A DNA stretch of 64,000 nucleotides, taken from contig NC_043009.1 in the NCBI RefSeq assembly GCF_006345805.1, forward strand, positions 30,876,001 through 30,940,000. Direction: 5' to 3'. The position numbers and the translations under genes were made by a program. Shown here piece after piece: positions 1-13,637 of the stretch. Every line of letters begins with the position of its first letter. Positions within the stretch are counted from its first letter, which is position 1. This DNA is from Octopus sinensis (Eukaryota). The notes beneath the pieces are model-generated. The model made no database searches, was not told the origin of the DNA, and saw only the letters and a program-made list of their open reading frames with translations.

Positions 1-141
1 TAAATCAAGCGAGCAACGCCTCTACCTGCATGCATTACATACATGTATGAATATATACATAAAAACATACATATATGTATGTGCATGCATGCGTGTGTGT
101 ATATGTATAAATGTATATATATATATATATATATATATATT

Positions 142-335
142 TACGAGTGGAGAAAAGAAAGAAAGTGTCACTTAATGCATTTGGTAGGAGTGACGTACAT
201 TTTTTATTGGCAGTTTGATTCGGTATCATGCAACTTAAAGTTTCATAAACTGGCCAAAGTTATCAAACTCATCAAGTTTGTAGATCTGAATGAAGGGGAT
301 GCCTTCTGGATGTCAGGCTGGTAATAGCCAATGCA
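142..335 (-). mobile_element. Possible Tc1/mariner 3' remnant
   Basis: TA+CGAGTGGAGAAAAG... end abutting a (TA)n tract resembles a mariner TIR. The minus strand gives YYQPDIQK, loosely like the mariner C-terminal FYxxGIxK. Confidence 0.3.
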
Positions 336-345
336 TGTTACTTAA

Positions 346-363
346 TACACACACACACACACA

Positions 364-439
<76 letters not shown>
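346..439. repeat. (CA)n microsatellite
   Basis: Direct inspection. Confidence 0.95.
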
Positions 440-456
<17 letters not shown>

Positions 457-604
457 TATATATATATATACCCGAGCAAGCACATACATGTGAAACAAGG
501 TGGGAAAAAATAGTACTCGAATACCAGAAATAGAGAAATTAAAGCTGCAAAAAACATAAAATATCACAAACAACTGCTACTCAATGTTCATGATAAAAAG
601 AAAA

Positions 605-777
605 AAGAATTGCTTGTAGACACTGTCCGTGTTACTAAAACCTGTCTAGAAAATACTTCCCATGTATGAAACTATTCACATCTCATAACTATGTACTGAG
701 TACATGAAACAATATTTATCTCTCACCGGATGGAGTACTTTTTACTTGATCTTACCTTAGCAGAAAAGCAAACTATA
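605..777 (+). mobile_element. 3' end of an R4/Dong-like LINE (second copy at 4605-4772)
   Basis: The two copies align by eye (gttactaaa.cctg.ctagaaaat...tatgaaactatt.acatctcataa). DTVRVTKTCL resembles the GTVKICKTFL C-terminus of the element at 16.7 kb. Confidence 0.45.
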
Positions 778-848
778 TATATGTGTGTGTAAATATATAT
801 ATATTTGTATACATGTACATATGTGTGTGAATATGCATACATATTCAG

Positions 849-895
<47 letters not shown>

Positions 896-988
896 TATAT
901 ATATATATATACATGAGTGTGTGTGACAAATATTTTTGTAATGCTTTTGCAGCTTTAATAATAAAGTATATATGTATGCATACATATC

Positions 989-1019
<31 letters not shown>

Positions 1020-1175
1020 TATATACATATACAGAGAGAGAAGGGGGAGAAAGAGATAGTTATAGTACAGATATACATGTATGTACGTACATATATGAGT
1101 GTGTGTGTATTTGTATTTATCGACACATGTATACATACATACATTTTATATATATATATATGTATATATACATAT

Positions 1176-1218
<43 letters not shown>

Positions 1219-1230
1219 TAATATATATAT

Positions 1231-1271
<41 letters not shown>

Positions 1272-1280
<9 letters not shown>

Positions 1281-1627
1281 AAATTAGAGACAAAACCACT
1301 ATTATGCAAATCAAACAAAGAAGACTTAAGCCAATACATAAATAATTTATATAAATTAAAATTTAACAAATGAATAACCACTACGATCGTCTAAGATGTC
1401 TAAGATGTGCTGACACGAAACGATTGTAGTGGTTATTCATTTGTTAAATTTTAATTTATATAAATTATTTATGTATTGGCTTAAGTCTTTCTTTGTTTGA
1501 TTTGCATAATAGTGGTTTTTTTCTCTAATTTATTATAATATAATATTTTACTATAAAATTGGATTCAATCTTAAATCTGATTTTTCCTTGTAAATTTGGA
1601 TTTATTCCCTAATATTTATTATCATTA
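1272..1627. mobile_element. Fold-back element, Penelope pLTR-like, with hammerhead-like centre
   Basis: About 120-bp near-perfect inverted arms at 1272-1390 and 1420-1540. The centre is ctaagat-gtg-ctga-cac-gaaa-cgatt. An unpaired tail lies on the right only. Confidence 0.65.
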
Positions 1628-1635
1628 TATATATA

Positions 1636-1674
<39 letters not shown>

Positions 1675-1722
1675 ACATCATTTACATTTGACGAATATTT
1701 GTCCTCATCTTGTTTGCTGTTA

Positions 1723-1765
1723 ACACAATGTTTCAGCTGATATACCCTCAGCCTTCATCAGGTGT
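1723..1765 (-). ncRNA. Minimal type I hammerhead ribozyme motif (decayed)
   Basis: Minus strand: acac-CTGATGA-a-ggctg..cagct-GAAAC-ATT-gtgt. Confidence 0.6.
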
Positions 1766-1966
1766 CTTGGGGAAATTTCGAACCTGGGTTCTCATTCCTA
1801 AGGTATTTTTCGATGTTATTATTATTATTACTATGCAGGTCTACTAACCCCAGGATTCTGAGTTCGATTCCAAGCAGTGACCTAAATAGTAATAATAATA
1901 GTAATAATAATAATAACATCGAAAAATACCTTAGGAATGAGAACCCAGGTTTGGAATTTCCCCAAG

Positions 1967-2010
1967 ACACCTGATGAAGGCTGTAGGGTATATCAGCGGA
2001 AACGTTGTGT
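1967..2010 (+). ncRNA. Minimal type I hammerhead ribozyme motif
   Basis: acac-CTGATGA-a-ggctg-tagggtatat-cagcg-GAAAC-GTT-gtgt. Stem I is acac/gtgt and stem III is the palindromic AACGTT. Confidence 0.7.
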
Positions 2011-3436
2011 TAACTGTAAATAATGTACATTATACCCCATCTCTTAAATATAGAACTGAATATATATATATATATATATATATATGTTTGGGTAGGTACG
2101 TTTTAAATAAGTTTTTGAAAATCTTGACATTTATTGGGAGTTCCACAATTTTGGGAAAGAATACTTTCTCCATAGCAATGTTTTCTAGAGTAATTGAGTA
2201 TTTGTATATGATTTTAACAGAGTATCATGAGTAACCCCACTGACCTTAATAGACTTACATGTGGGTACTGTAGGAGTGAGATCAAAACGGTTGATATTCA
2301 TTTTATTTAGATATCAGAGCTAAGTATATATATGTAACTTGTATAGTACCTATGTAGACAGAGATAATTTAGCTGTTTCTCTATGAGATTAAAAACTGTC
2401 GAACAATCTTAATTGATTTTCGAATCTTATTTGATTCTTTTCAGAGGTGTTTACAGCTTTTGAATAATCCCAGAGAAGCTAACACTCATCTTTTTATATA
2501 ATCAACAATTAATGTAGCTACAGAAATCTTTGGCAACTACTTTTCATACTATGCGTGTGAAAATATTATTTTAAAATACATTGGCCCTGTCAACGGGGAC
2601 CTCAGTTCACGCAGTATCAAGGTATTCTATATAACCTATACAGTAGATGTTAAAATAGGGCTGATTTAGCTCTTTTTCCATAGACTGAAAAGAATGATGA
2701 TCAACTTTAATCGCTTTTCAAACCTTACTGGATCCTCACCAGAGGCACCAACATCAATGTGTTTCGTAACCGTTTTGCTCTTCCGCTCCAGTTTCCCAAA
2801 CCATTTAAGTAAGAAAGAATTAGTGACATATGCAAAATTTACATCATAACATTAACAGCATTTTAGTGATATTAGCAACTTTAAATTCATAATAAATAAA
2901 ATAAATACTAAAAGCAGGGGGATAAAGAGGAGTACTTCTGTGGAACGTTCAATACCAGTAGTTGACTCACACTTTACTTTATCGCAAAGTACGAAATGCA
3001 AAGTTAACCTTGGTGTAGTTGTTGCTCTCTGCGAAGGTCCTGTTTACTTTGATTGTAATTCAATTTTGAATGGAAGATGTTCTGCATTCTGCTAATAAAG
3101 AATGTTTTACTGAATTTTAGTTACATGAATGTTGTTAGTGTTGATAAAAAAAACTTTTAGTTGCATAAAGGTGTTTTTAATGTCGTCAATGTTGTGTTGT
3201 AGATGTTTGTACCATGGTTATAAATTTGTATTTGTACGTTAATCACAGTTTGTTTTTAATTGCATTCTGTGCCAACTTGTGACATTTGAAAATGAAAGAG
3301 CATCGATACTTCTTGTGTTCATAGTTGTCGTGCTTGCTGCTGTTGTTGTTGTTCTTGCTGTCAATGTCATTGTTATTTTTCCTGTTAATCTGCAAATGTT
3401 TTTAGGAGCTGTTTGTATGAGAATGAGTTTGCAGTA

Positions 3437-3630
3437 TTCTTTTATTTGTTTTAGTCTTTTGACTGTGGCCATGCTGGAGCACCACCTTTAGTTGAGCAAA
3501 TCGATCCAAGGACCTATTCTTTTAAACCTGCTACTTATTCTATCAGTCTCTTTTGCCGAACCGCTAAGTTACGGGAACGTAAACACACCAGCATCAGTTT
3601 TCAAGCAATGCAAGGGGGGGACACACACAA

Positions 3631-3715
<85 letters not shown>

Positions 3716-3878
3716 CGACAGTCTTCTTTCAGTTTCCGTCTACCAAATCCACTCACAAAGCTTTGGTCGGCCCAAGGCTATAGTAGAAGACACTTACCCA
3801 AGGTGCCACACAGTGGGACTGAATCTGGAACCATGTGGTTGGTTAGCAAGCTACTTACCACACAGCCACTCCTGCACT
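3437..3878 (-). mobile_element. tRNA-derived SINE family A with internal microsatellite
   Basis: Head ggagtggctgtgtggtaag...gttcagtccc, CORE-like ccttgggYaagtg segment, internal (TA)/(TG)n, tail ggtgctccagcatggcc. Many copies in the window. Confidence 0.85.
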
Positions 3879-4604
3879 TATATTTACAAAGTTCTTTCCT
3901 CCTTCTGTGTTTTAGAGCCCACTTTGTATAGATTCCTACCTAATGTTTTCTTTCATGCCATTACACTTACTTTCTGGCGGTGGCCATCCTGCCTTCATTC
4001 CTGTAATATCTAATTCAGTGCGAGGTTCCTCAGGAAATTTAATCGTTTTCGAAAACGGGTACCGAAATATTTTAAGAAGATTTTGCTAGAATTTTTTCCA
4101 CTTAGAAGCAATTTAGCGACTTACAGAAAGTGCGACTGAAAATCCAGCTATAAAATAATGAAGAAGCAAAGTTCCTTGGGAATTAAACAAACTGACAATC
4201 GCATAAACTAGCATCAAAATCCATTGCGAGATAAACATTGATGAGTTTGTTGAGAATACCAGATAAAACTGGAGCTTACTGATTAATCGAGACGGAGGAC
4301 ACCCAATTAAAGCAAATCACCCAGTTCGGTGTAGAAATGATAAGAGAAGTTTTTCTCACGGGTGTGTTGTTATCTGACAAAATATCGATTAAAATCCAGG
4401 TGTTTTTGAATGGTATTTGATATAGGTTTAGACATCTTCTTTATTTATTTACTCATGTCTCCGACCATTCTGAATTTTTTTTCTCTTAACTCGTTTTTCA
4501 CTTGAATTATGCAAATTACCAAAATCTTTAAATGTTTTCTCCTTATTTTGTATATTTCTAAGTAAAGAACAATGGTTGGGTTGATGATGCCTATTTAGGC
4601 AAAA

Positions 4605-4772
4605 ACACTGGAGACACTAAGGATGTTACTAAAGCCTGCCTAGAAAATCCCTCTCAAGTATGAAACTATTAACATCTCATAATTACGTGCTGTGTACATC
4701 AAACAAAATTGATCTTTCACCAGATAGAATACGTTTTAGTTGATCTTATCATAATGGAGAAGTAAACTATAT
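4605..4772 (+). mobile_element. 3' end of an R4/Dong-like LINE (homologous to 605-777)
   Basis: Sequence similarity to 605-777. Confidence 0.45.
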
Positions 4773-5952
4773 ACATATGTGTGTGTTTGTGTGTGTGTGT
4801 GTGAAAATATGTGTATATCTATACATGTATATATATATGTGTATGATAAACATTTTATGCTTAGCTCTATCTAACTGCATTATATTCTGTGAGTATGACT
4901 GTACCCAATATTTTATATTGAAATGATTTTCGACAGCATAGAATCATTTCATTCAAGTAGCTCTGCAAAAGCTACAAGATCTTGCACTGGCACTCAGCTC
5001 TGGATGCTCGCTTAATTACCACAAAAACAACTGTAAGCTAATGAAAGTGACTGCATAACTTATTTTCTGTTACATATTAAAATTTTATTCATGTGTCTTT
5101 CAAATTGTGTTATTCGGCTTAAACATTACATTATTTGTCTTCAAAATACTTTCCTGATAAAGTCGTCATACCATAACAACTTTTGCTGAAAACTTTAGCG
5201 GTATATTGGTATATTTTGCGGAATATCGTTAACTCAAAATATTGATTCACTTAAATAAATTAGAATGGAATTTTCTCGTTTGTTTATACTCATCCTGTAA
5301 AGGTACTATTACTAAAATGCATATGTGTACATATAATATATTTATATATGTGTGCTTGCCAGTATATGTATATATTACGTATACATATGTGTGTGTGTGC
5401 ATAATATATATACATATGTGTTTCAAGTGTATATGTATGATTATAGGAGTGTAGGTAAAATTGTTGGAATTTAATACCATTTGAAAACAGCTAATTTCGA
5501 AAAAAGTTTGAAAAACGCATGTCTTGGAAATTTTATATTTAATTAACAAAACAAATGGAAATTGAAGATAATCAGAAAATGGTAATTAATTCTGACTAAA
5601 TGACAATCTTTGCAAAAATTTTAAAATTGGAATTGTCAAATTATTTTCCAGTATTGGTTTCTCCTTCTTGTGTGAATTAACTTTATCTGCAGTTGGAATT
5701 ATTGAGTCAAAACTTCATTTTCTCTTTGTTACTTTTTTACAGAATATAAATTGTTACATTGTTCCATCCCAACAATGCAGTCCAGAATAGTGAAACTTAT
5801 CAATGCCAAAGAATGTCACAGAATGTTTCTATTTTGCACCGGTATTATTGTGATTAGTGAGTATTTTACAACATCCCAGTGTCGGGTATATTCTGTTTAA
5901 ATATGTTCAACAGTAGATTTATAATTAATATAACCAGCCAACTCAAAAGTAC

Positions 5953-6361
5953 CCTTGGATCATAGGCAACATTCAGTGCTTGAGGAGATCTATTGAGTCA
6001 AGTACATCAATGTGAAATGAAGTCAAATGGAAGTTGTGGTCCTCATGCCGGTAGCACATAAAAAGCAACCATCCGAACACGGTCAATGCCAGCTCCCTTG
6101 CCCTGACTGGCTTCTGTACCAGTGGCACGTAAAAAGCACCATTCAATTGTGGTTAATGCCAGTCCCCTCTGGCCCCTGTGCTGCTGGCACATAAAAAGCA
6201 TCCACTACACTCTCAGAGTGGTTGGCATTAGGAAGGGCATCCAGCTGTAGAAGCACTGCCAGATCAGAGAGGAGTCTGGTGGAGCCTTCTGACTTTCCAG
6301 AGCCCAGTTGAATTGTCCAACCCATGGAAAACGGGCGTTAAACAATGATGATGATGATGAT
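5953..6361 (+). mobile_element. RTE LINE 3' UTR fragment
   Basis: Matches the 3' UTR of the RTE at 34-35.6 kb and ends in cgttaaa+(GAT)n. Confidence 0.85.
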
Positions 6362-6699
6362 TCTAAAAGATCCTGTTTGGTAATCATCACAATGCTGGAA
6401 TCTATAGATGTGCACAAATCAAACCACATAATATTTTTTTAACTTAAGTTTATCAATCCCCAGTGTAGTACCGTGTGGTATGCAGAGGGAGCAGATGGAA
6501 AAGTGGGGCTACATTGGAGGAGGGGAGGGTTAATATGTGCTAAGTGTGAAGGGGTGGTGAATTTCACTACCACACAGAGCAGGCACATCCTACACTCCTC
6601 TCCAATTGTGTCACCACCACTGTCATAGTGAAACATGGACATTTACTCCATCATATAGGATGAGTCATTTAATTGGTGAACGAACGCAACCTGACGGCA

Positions 6700-7450
6700 T
6701 CTAGTGAGAAGTCAGAATCTGTTTATAATACAAGCATCGGTTAACTACCTCTGCTTCAAAATATGTAAGAGAACAGTGAGCGACACCTGATATTATTACC
6801 ATTGAGATATATAATTATGGGGGGGAAAATGACAGATAAATCTTATAATTGAGGGATACGGGGCACATTCATCAGTGTCGATATCAATCTAGAAAGGTGA
6901 AATGTATGTACGCTAAAGTGAAGAATGTTTTTATTTTGTACATTTAAAGCAACACTGACATATTTCCTTGCTTGGAGGATGAAGTATAGACTACATATTT
7001 TCCATTCCCTCCACTCTATGTACAACCAACATCTTGGAATTCATCTTCATTTTAGCATCTACTTACTCTAGGGACAAGATCATCTGCCTGCCAATCACTG
7101 TGATGCGTCTGGTATCTTCTCATATGAGATTTGTATCGGTGCTTTATATTCTCTATACTTTTGTCATGTGTGATAGCGGATCAAACAACTTTAAATCCAT
7201 CCATAATTACATGAAATTAGAAGCTTTTACACTTAATACCATGTTTCCAAATATCACCACAAATATTTTGCAAGCTGTACACTTGGTAGTTACCAATGGC
7301 TACCGTTTGCAACCAATATGATTCAATGTAACAATCCTAAGTCTATCCAATCTGGTTTCACATTAGATTAATAAATAGTAATTGTCTACTAAACGAAGTC
7401 CAAGTCTTCCATCTCTTTTATAACGTGGTCTTCTGCAAATCCAGTTTACT
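6700..7450 (-). mobile_element. Ancient LINE reverse-transcriptase remnant
   Basis: Degenerate MDLKLFDPLSH (DLxKAFDxVxH-like) followed by NVPRI (GVPQG-like). Confidence 0.3.
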
Positions 7451-8059
7451 AGCAAGTGATATGTCATGACTGTTCAGTAAATGAAGAGAGAGAGGGAGAA
7501 GGAGGGAGAGCTTTTCAAAACAAAGTAGCATTTCCAATTTGTGTGCTTAATATTTCGTTTTCTGGTGTTAAACTCTTGTTGGTCATAGCTAAAGAGACGA
7601 ACTTTTCAAAATAAGGTGCCATGGCTTATTATGGTAAAACATAGCATCAGTCTTATTATAGTGAATGTTATAAAGTCATATAATGTGAACAGGCAATTAA
7701 AGCACTAGATGTCGTCAGGTTGTGTTCGTTCACCAATTCTTTTCAGTGTAATACTAGAATGACTAATAATGGAAACTCCTGGAACTTTCGCAGAAAATGT
7801 TATAGCAGCTGTTTGAAATATCTGAAATCTCTGTTTAGTTGGTGATATTCATTTTAAAAACATCGAAATAAAGAATATCTTTATTTCCTTACTGAGTCTA
7901 GAGGAAGATGAAAGAACGGGTAAGTTTTAAAAGTCCTCCGGGACTGCACAAATTGATGATGTTAATACCTTGGTACAAACGTAAAAAGAAAAAGAAACAG
8001 ATGGAAAGGATGTAAGTACTATGAAAAGGAAAAAAATGATAGTAACTAATAACGGTAAT

Positions 8060-8458
8060 ATTCTTTTCTACTCTAGGCTCAAGGCCCGAAATTTGGGGGG
8101 AGGGGCCAGACAATGTGATCGACCCCAGTACGCAACTGGCACTTAATTTATCGAACTCGAAAGGATAAAAGGGAAAGTCGACGTCGGTGGAAATTGAACT
8201 CAGAAAGTAAAGACAGACGAAATACCTATTTCTTTATTACCTACAAGGGGCTAAACACAGAGGGGACAAACAAGGACAGACATAGGTGTTAAGTCGATTA
8301 CATCGACCTCAGTGCGTAACTGGTACTTAATTTATCGACCTCGAAAGAATGAAAGGCAAAGTCAACCTCGGCGGAATTTGAACTCACAACGTAACGCAGA
8401 CGAAATACCGCTAAGTATTTCGCCCGGCGTGCTAACGTTTCTGCCAGCTCGCCACCTT
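8060..8458 (-). mobile_element. SINE family C, partly duplicated
   Basis: ggcgagctggcagaaacgttagc...gagttcaaattccgccgaggtYgactttgcctttcat...gtcgataaattaagtaccag. The central domain occurs twice. Confidence 0.85.
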
Positions 8459-9200
8459 AATAACAACAATATTGAATAATCAATTCAGTCATATAGTGGA
8501 GGAAACGTTTAAACAAGAAGAATGAAAATATGTCGGAAGAACAATTGGAGTTCTAAGGGAAGAGGAAAATGGTGACTGCTGTAGCTTTAAAAAATTTAGA
8601 ATTATTTTGGAAAAATATGAAAATTGCAATAACAATGAAAATTCCTTTTGCAGGGACATTGGGAATTCTAGCTGAATTTTATAGAAGTATATCATAGAAC
8701 GTGAAGGGTTGAAAGTTACAAAATACTTGATCTTTGAAATGAATGCTAAACAAAAATGCTTGGCATAGACTTAATCCGTCTCCCAGATTATCTTATTTTA
8801 GCAGAGTCCACCTTGTTGCAATCATCCGAGGAAAGTCTCAATCATTATGTGGGGATACATTCCACGCCTGCAAGTCCTAGCAGTTTTGGTGAACCTGAAA
8901 TGAGCCATCTGTACTACAAGGGAAGTTTTTCATATATATATATATACACACACACACACATACATACAGAGAGATAGATAGATAGATACTATAAAATTGT
9001 TGCTCGTTCAGACTTTTTCCTAGCGACTTCTTCAAACAGTTTATCTATATATGATGAATGTATGCATATATATGTATGTATGTATATGTATGTATGTATA
9101 CACACACATATATTAATACAATTTTATTTTTTATTTATATATATATATATAATAAAATTGTTTTAATATGTGTGTGTTTGCGTGCGTGTATGTATATATA

Positions 9201-9289
<89 letters not shown>

Positions 9290-9294
<5 letters not shown>

Positions 9295-9488
9295 TAAGCG
9301 TGAGTTTCTAACAAAATGCAAGATGTCAGTTTCTGAAGCCACCCTCATCAAAATAAAATTGAGATGGTCAGGTCATCTCTCACGTATGAGTAATATCAGA
9401 ATTCTAAAGCAACTTTGCTTTGGCCAATTCCCAACAGGAAGGTCACATGGAAGATCACTCTCGCATTTTAAAGACAAGCTAAAAGACT
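9290..9488 (+). repeat. Inverted duplicate of part of the neighbouring RTE (10276-10475)
   Basis: Same peptide (LRWSGHLSRM...FKDKLKD) on the opposite strand with few nucleotide differences. Confidence 0.9.
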
Positions 9489-9568
9489 ATCAGCGATAAT
9501 AATTAATTTTATTTTATCGCATTTTGACTTTGTTTATATATATATATATATATCATATATACTCATCA

Positions 9569-9600
<32 letters not shown>

Positions 9601-9607
9601 CTCATCA

Positions 9608-9666
<59 letters not shown>

Positions 9667-9669
9667 TAA

Positions 9670-10002
9670 GGGTAAAGACCCCCTTCGGTCATGAATGACC
9701 ATGGGATTGCACCTAGAAAGTTACCCTCCTAGACACAAGTCTGGGCAAGGTTGTTTATGGAAGACCAGCAGTCGCCCATGCATACCGGCCTCCCCTCTCC
9801 ACGACACCAGTGTTATCCAAGGGAAAGACAAAGGTCGATACAGCTTGGCACCAGTGACGTCGCAACTCATTTCTACAGCTGAGTGGACTGGAGCAACGTG
9901 AAATAAAGTGCCTTGCTCAAGAACACAACACGCAGCCCGGTCCGGGATTCGAGCTCACAACCTCACGATCGTAAGCTCGACGCTCTAACCACTGAGCCAT
10001 CA
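9670..10002 (-). mobile_element. tRNA-derived SINE (family B-type head, distinct tail)
   Basis: A box tggctcagtgg, B box gagctcgaatcc, then tgtgttcttgagcaaggcactttatttcac. Confidence 0.85.
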
Positions 10003-10029
10003 TACATTCATCAATTTTTTTTTAGTGGA

Positions 10030-11073
10030 TGGCAAGGCCTGCTTTGCTTCAGGATACAAAACTATAATGAAAAGTAAGGTTTCCATTTGGAGGAGTAGCC
10101 TTGCATACTCTCACCAACATAAAACAGAGTAACCATATTCATAAGTTGGTCCTGATGTTAGAGTCGACTTTACTCAAATCTTTGAACTGAGGAGAAGCAG
10201 GACTGGCGCCAGGTCCTGCGTTCTAATGCTTTGTTTTCCCAGGAAGAGAAGAGAATGTTGCATTGCTTCAAATTGTCTTTTAGTTTGTCTTTAAAATGCG
10301 AGAGTGATCTTCCATGTGACCTTCCTGTTGGGAATTGGCCAAAGCAAAGTTGCTTTAGAATTCTGATATCACTCATACGTGAGAGATGACCTGACCATCT
10401 CAATTTTTTTTTTTTGATGAGGGTGGCTTCAGAACCTGATATCTTGCATTTTGTTAGAACCTCACACTTATTAATATGGTTACTCGGTTTTATTCTGGTG
10501 AAAGTAAACAAGTATTCACTATCAAAAGTGTCAAGCTGGTTGATGTGCTTTTGGCGCACAGTCCAAGATTTAGCACCATAAAGCAATGTTAACAAGACCA
10601 CCGACCTATACATATCGACTTTCACCTTCAACAATTCGTTGTGGCTATTCCAAAGCCTGTGATAAAGCTTACCGAAACGGAGCGAGCCTTCTCGATTCTG
10701 GACTCGATTTCTTTGTCCATCTTAGCACCAATGGACACAATAGAACTAATAATGTAAGTGAAAGGGGAAACAGTTTTTAATGCTTTCCCATCAAAATATA
10801 GAGTTGGAGCAACAGTGGGAAGATGGTCACAAAATGGACTGATGGACAAACTCAGTTTTCTTTATGCTGATGATCAGACCAAAAACCTTTGGGCGCACAC
10901 GTGAGGTTGTTCAGAATCCATTGCACGCTCTCAAGAGCGTGTGCTACACGTGCAAAACCATGTGCGAAGAGCAAATCGCGAACTGTTTGCACCAGCGTTT
11001 TTGGTTGAACAAGCCACCGCCAGTTCTGTACTCAAACTTTACTCCTTCTAACACACACACACGTTTAATATCA
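10030..11073 (-). mobile_element. RTE (BovB-like) LINE fragment, RT domain 5 to C-terminus, frameshifted
   Basis: GVKFEYRTGGGLFN, RDLLFAHG (LLFADD-like), FGLIISIKKTE, EIESRIEKA, TLLYGAKSW, LRWSGHLSRM. Confidence 0.9.
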
Positions 11074-11712
11074 GAATGTTGTCTGTCGATATATACTCAA
11101 GAAGAGGACTAACAAGGAAATGCAAAAATGTCATTAATAAAATAATTACACAAACAGCCGTTAGGTTAATACAACGGGCTTGGATAAAAGAAATACTGTT
11201 CCTTGTTTACACACACACATACACACACATACACAAGAACATGGGTACACGAAACCCTCATACATATATACACGTACGAACGACAGATTGATGAAGGAGT
11301 TTACAATAAACTGATTGTTCTACCACAAATATCGAACAATTTTACTCTCTTATTCATTATACATCCTACGTATAAATCTATTTCATTTGTGTGGGTGTTG
11401 TGTCCATATGTGCAAACAAACAGGTTCCATACACACTCATACTATACTATACATATAAATAAATGTATATACATCGGTGTGCGCACATGCTTGTTTGTAT
11501 GTGTGTGTTCTGGCACGTGTAAATACGCGTAGGTTACTTTCTAATACATCTTTCGAACAAAACAGAAAGTCGCACTTCCAAATATATTTCCACGCCGCTC
11601 CACACATTTTCCTACCTGACTAATGTAATATTATCGAATTTTGTTTATGTTCATATTTTTTACTTCTTGGTGTGTAAGAGCAAAGCAAGTACAAAACAGC
11701 GTTTGTACTTAC

Positions 11713-11742
11713 CATTCAGGAACAAAACAAGAAAACCAACGA
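11713..11742 (-). CDS. Candidate 30-nt microexon (xVGFLVLFLN in phase 1)
   Basis: ttttgtAG acceptor, G|GTAAGTA donor, length a multiple of 3, in unique sequence. No homology recognised. Confidence 0.3.
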
Positions 11743-12042
11743 CTACAAAATTACAAATAGTAAAACAGATGCTTAAAAGAAAAACAGGAATATAGAATAT
11801 CTAATATACAAAATGAATTTTAAAAAATACCAATTAAAAGGACTGTTAAGAAAAAAATAGGAATAAGAAAATATATGAAAATATATATGGCATAAACAAA
11901 AACAAAATATTACAATACACATACATACATATATATATATACACACATATATATATATACATACATACATACATATATATATATATATAGAGGGAGAGAG
12001 AGAGAGAGAGAGAGAGATAAATGCAGATCGATAGATATACAT

Positions 12043-12088
<46 letters not shown>

Positions 12089-12094
12089 GCACAC

Positions 12095-12144
<50 letters not shown>

Positions 12145-12176
12145 ATATATATATTATATATATATATACATATATA

Positions 12177-12276
<100 letters not shown>

Positions 12277-13637
12277 CCTGAACGAAATTATAACAGTCAG
12301 GGAAAATTGGTGATTAATAGTAACGATGTATATAAAGAACTAGATTATTATGACCTGCACAGGGGAACTGGTACACGACAGAGTTTCGGTGCAGCAAGGT
12401 TAAAATTACATATATGTGTGCGTGTCTGTGTGTGTGTGTTAATCAAATAAAACAAAATAACTCGCTTAATGTGTGAATTTTATTTATATGTTTGTGTTTA
12501 TTTTATGGTCTTTATTTCGTTATCAAAACCCTACTCTTTCTCTCTCTCTCACTCCTTCTCTTACTCCCTCTCTCTTTCTTTCTCTCCATCACACACACAC
12601 ACATATATATCACTCTCCATACAACTCCACTCTACTCCACTCTACTCTACCTGTTAATTCATCTCTCTTTAAATCTTAATACAATTTATTGAATGATTTT
12701 TTCTGTTTTTCTTTTTTCTCTTTTTTTTCAGGCAAAGGAAATGTAAAAAAACGGAGGATATTTTAAGCAAACATTTTCATATCCGTATATCAATCTTATC
12801 ATTGTGGTTGTTACTGTTGTTGTTACTGTTCTTGTTGTATTCATCCATGTACGAGTGGTTACAATTTTCCTTGCCATCCTGAAAATTTGGGTTCGATTCC
12901 GCAATGTGACATATTTACTAGATATTTCATTATAACTTTGTCAAATTAGTTAGAAAGGAAACTGCGAGGAAGCTTCTCGGTTAGACTGCAGCTGTAATTC
13001 AAGGATTGAATCTGGTTACTCTGTCTCACATAGATGTCCCCTAAAAGTTACGCTAAAATTACACACACCTTTAAAATACTCATTAATTTGTGTTGAAGCA
13101 CATTGTATTTACATCTCTTCCTGTAATCCAAATGTCCGCCATTTTCATAAATCGTCTTGTGCTGAATTATGGGTAAATTTGACTATGGAGTACTCAGCCA
13201 TATTCACGTTAATTTAACGCTTACATTGTTCAGATGATAGAACAATTATTATTGCTATTGTTGTTGTTTTGATAGCAGCTCCAATTTTACCTTTTTATTG
13301 CGTGTATCTTTCTCAGGCGAGGATTCCAGTTAGGGATTCCATGCTTATGAAAAGATCAATGATAGAGTGTTTCTGTCACTTAAAAAATTTTCTCGAAAAG
13401 GGCATTTGATAAATAGCATGAGAGTAGTCTGACCAGGTTGATAATTTCTTTTGGTTTTGCTTTCGTGATTAGTTATATAAATAATGAGTATAATGATTAG
13501 TTCTGCAATCTAATGATTTTGCGCTCCATCAATTTTTAGTTCATAAAAATTATAACCAAATGGATATGATTTCTCTATAACTCTACAAAGAATTAATTTA
13601 CTTCCGGAGCTCCAGCCTTAATGTATATAATGAATCG

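Larger units (their letters stand above)
1671..2058. mobile_element. tRNA-head/hammerhead fold-back element, locus 1
   Basis: Inverted arms 1671-1830 and 1885-2014, central tRNA remnant (ctactaacccc...gagttcgattcc), right tail ending aaatatagaactg. Confidence 0.85.

Noticed and set aside
1758-1974. Near-identical ORFs on both strands (MSWGN...FPQDT)
   Set aside because: A by-product of the fold-back element's palindromy.
4014-4440. Possible Tc1-like remnant (LLINRDGGHP)
   Set aside because: Only one short motif, with no TIR pair found.
9940-10002. tRNA-like sequences here and at 42531-42605, 52140-52213 and 60281-60360
   Set aside because: They have A and B boxes but lack proper acceptor stems and continue into repeat bodies, so they are SINE heads rather than tRNA genes.
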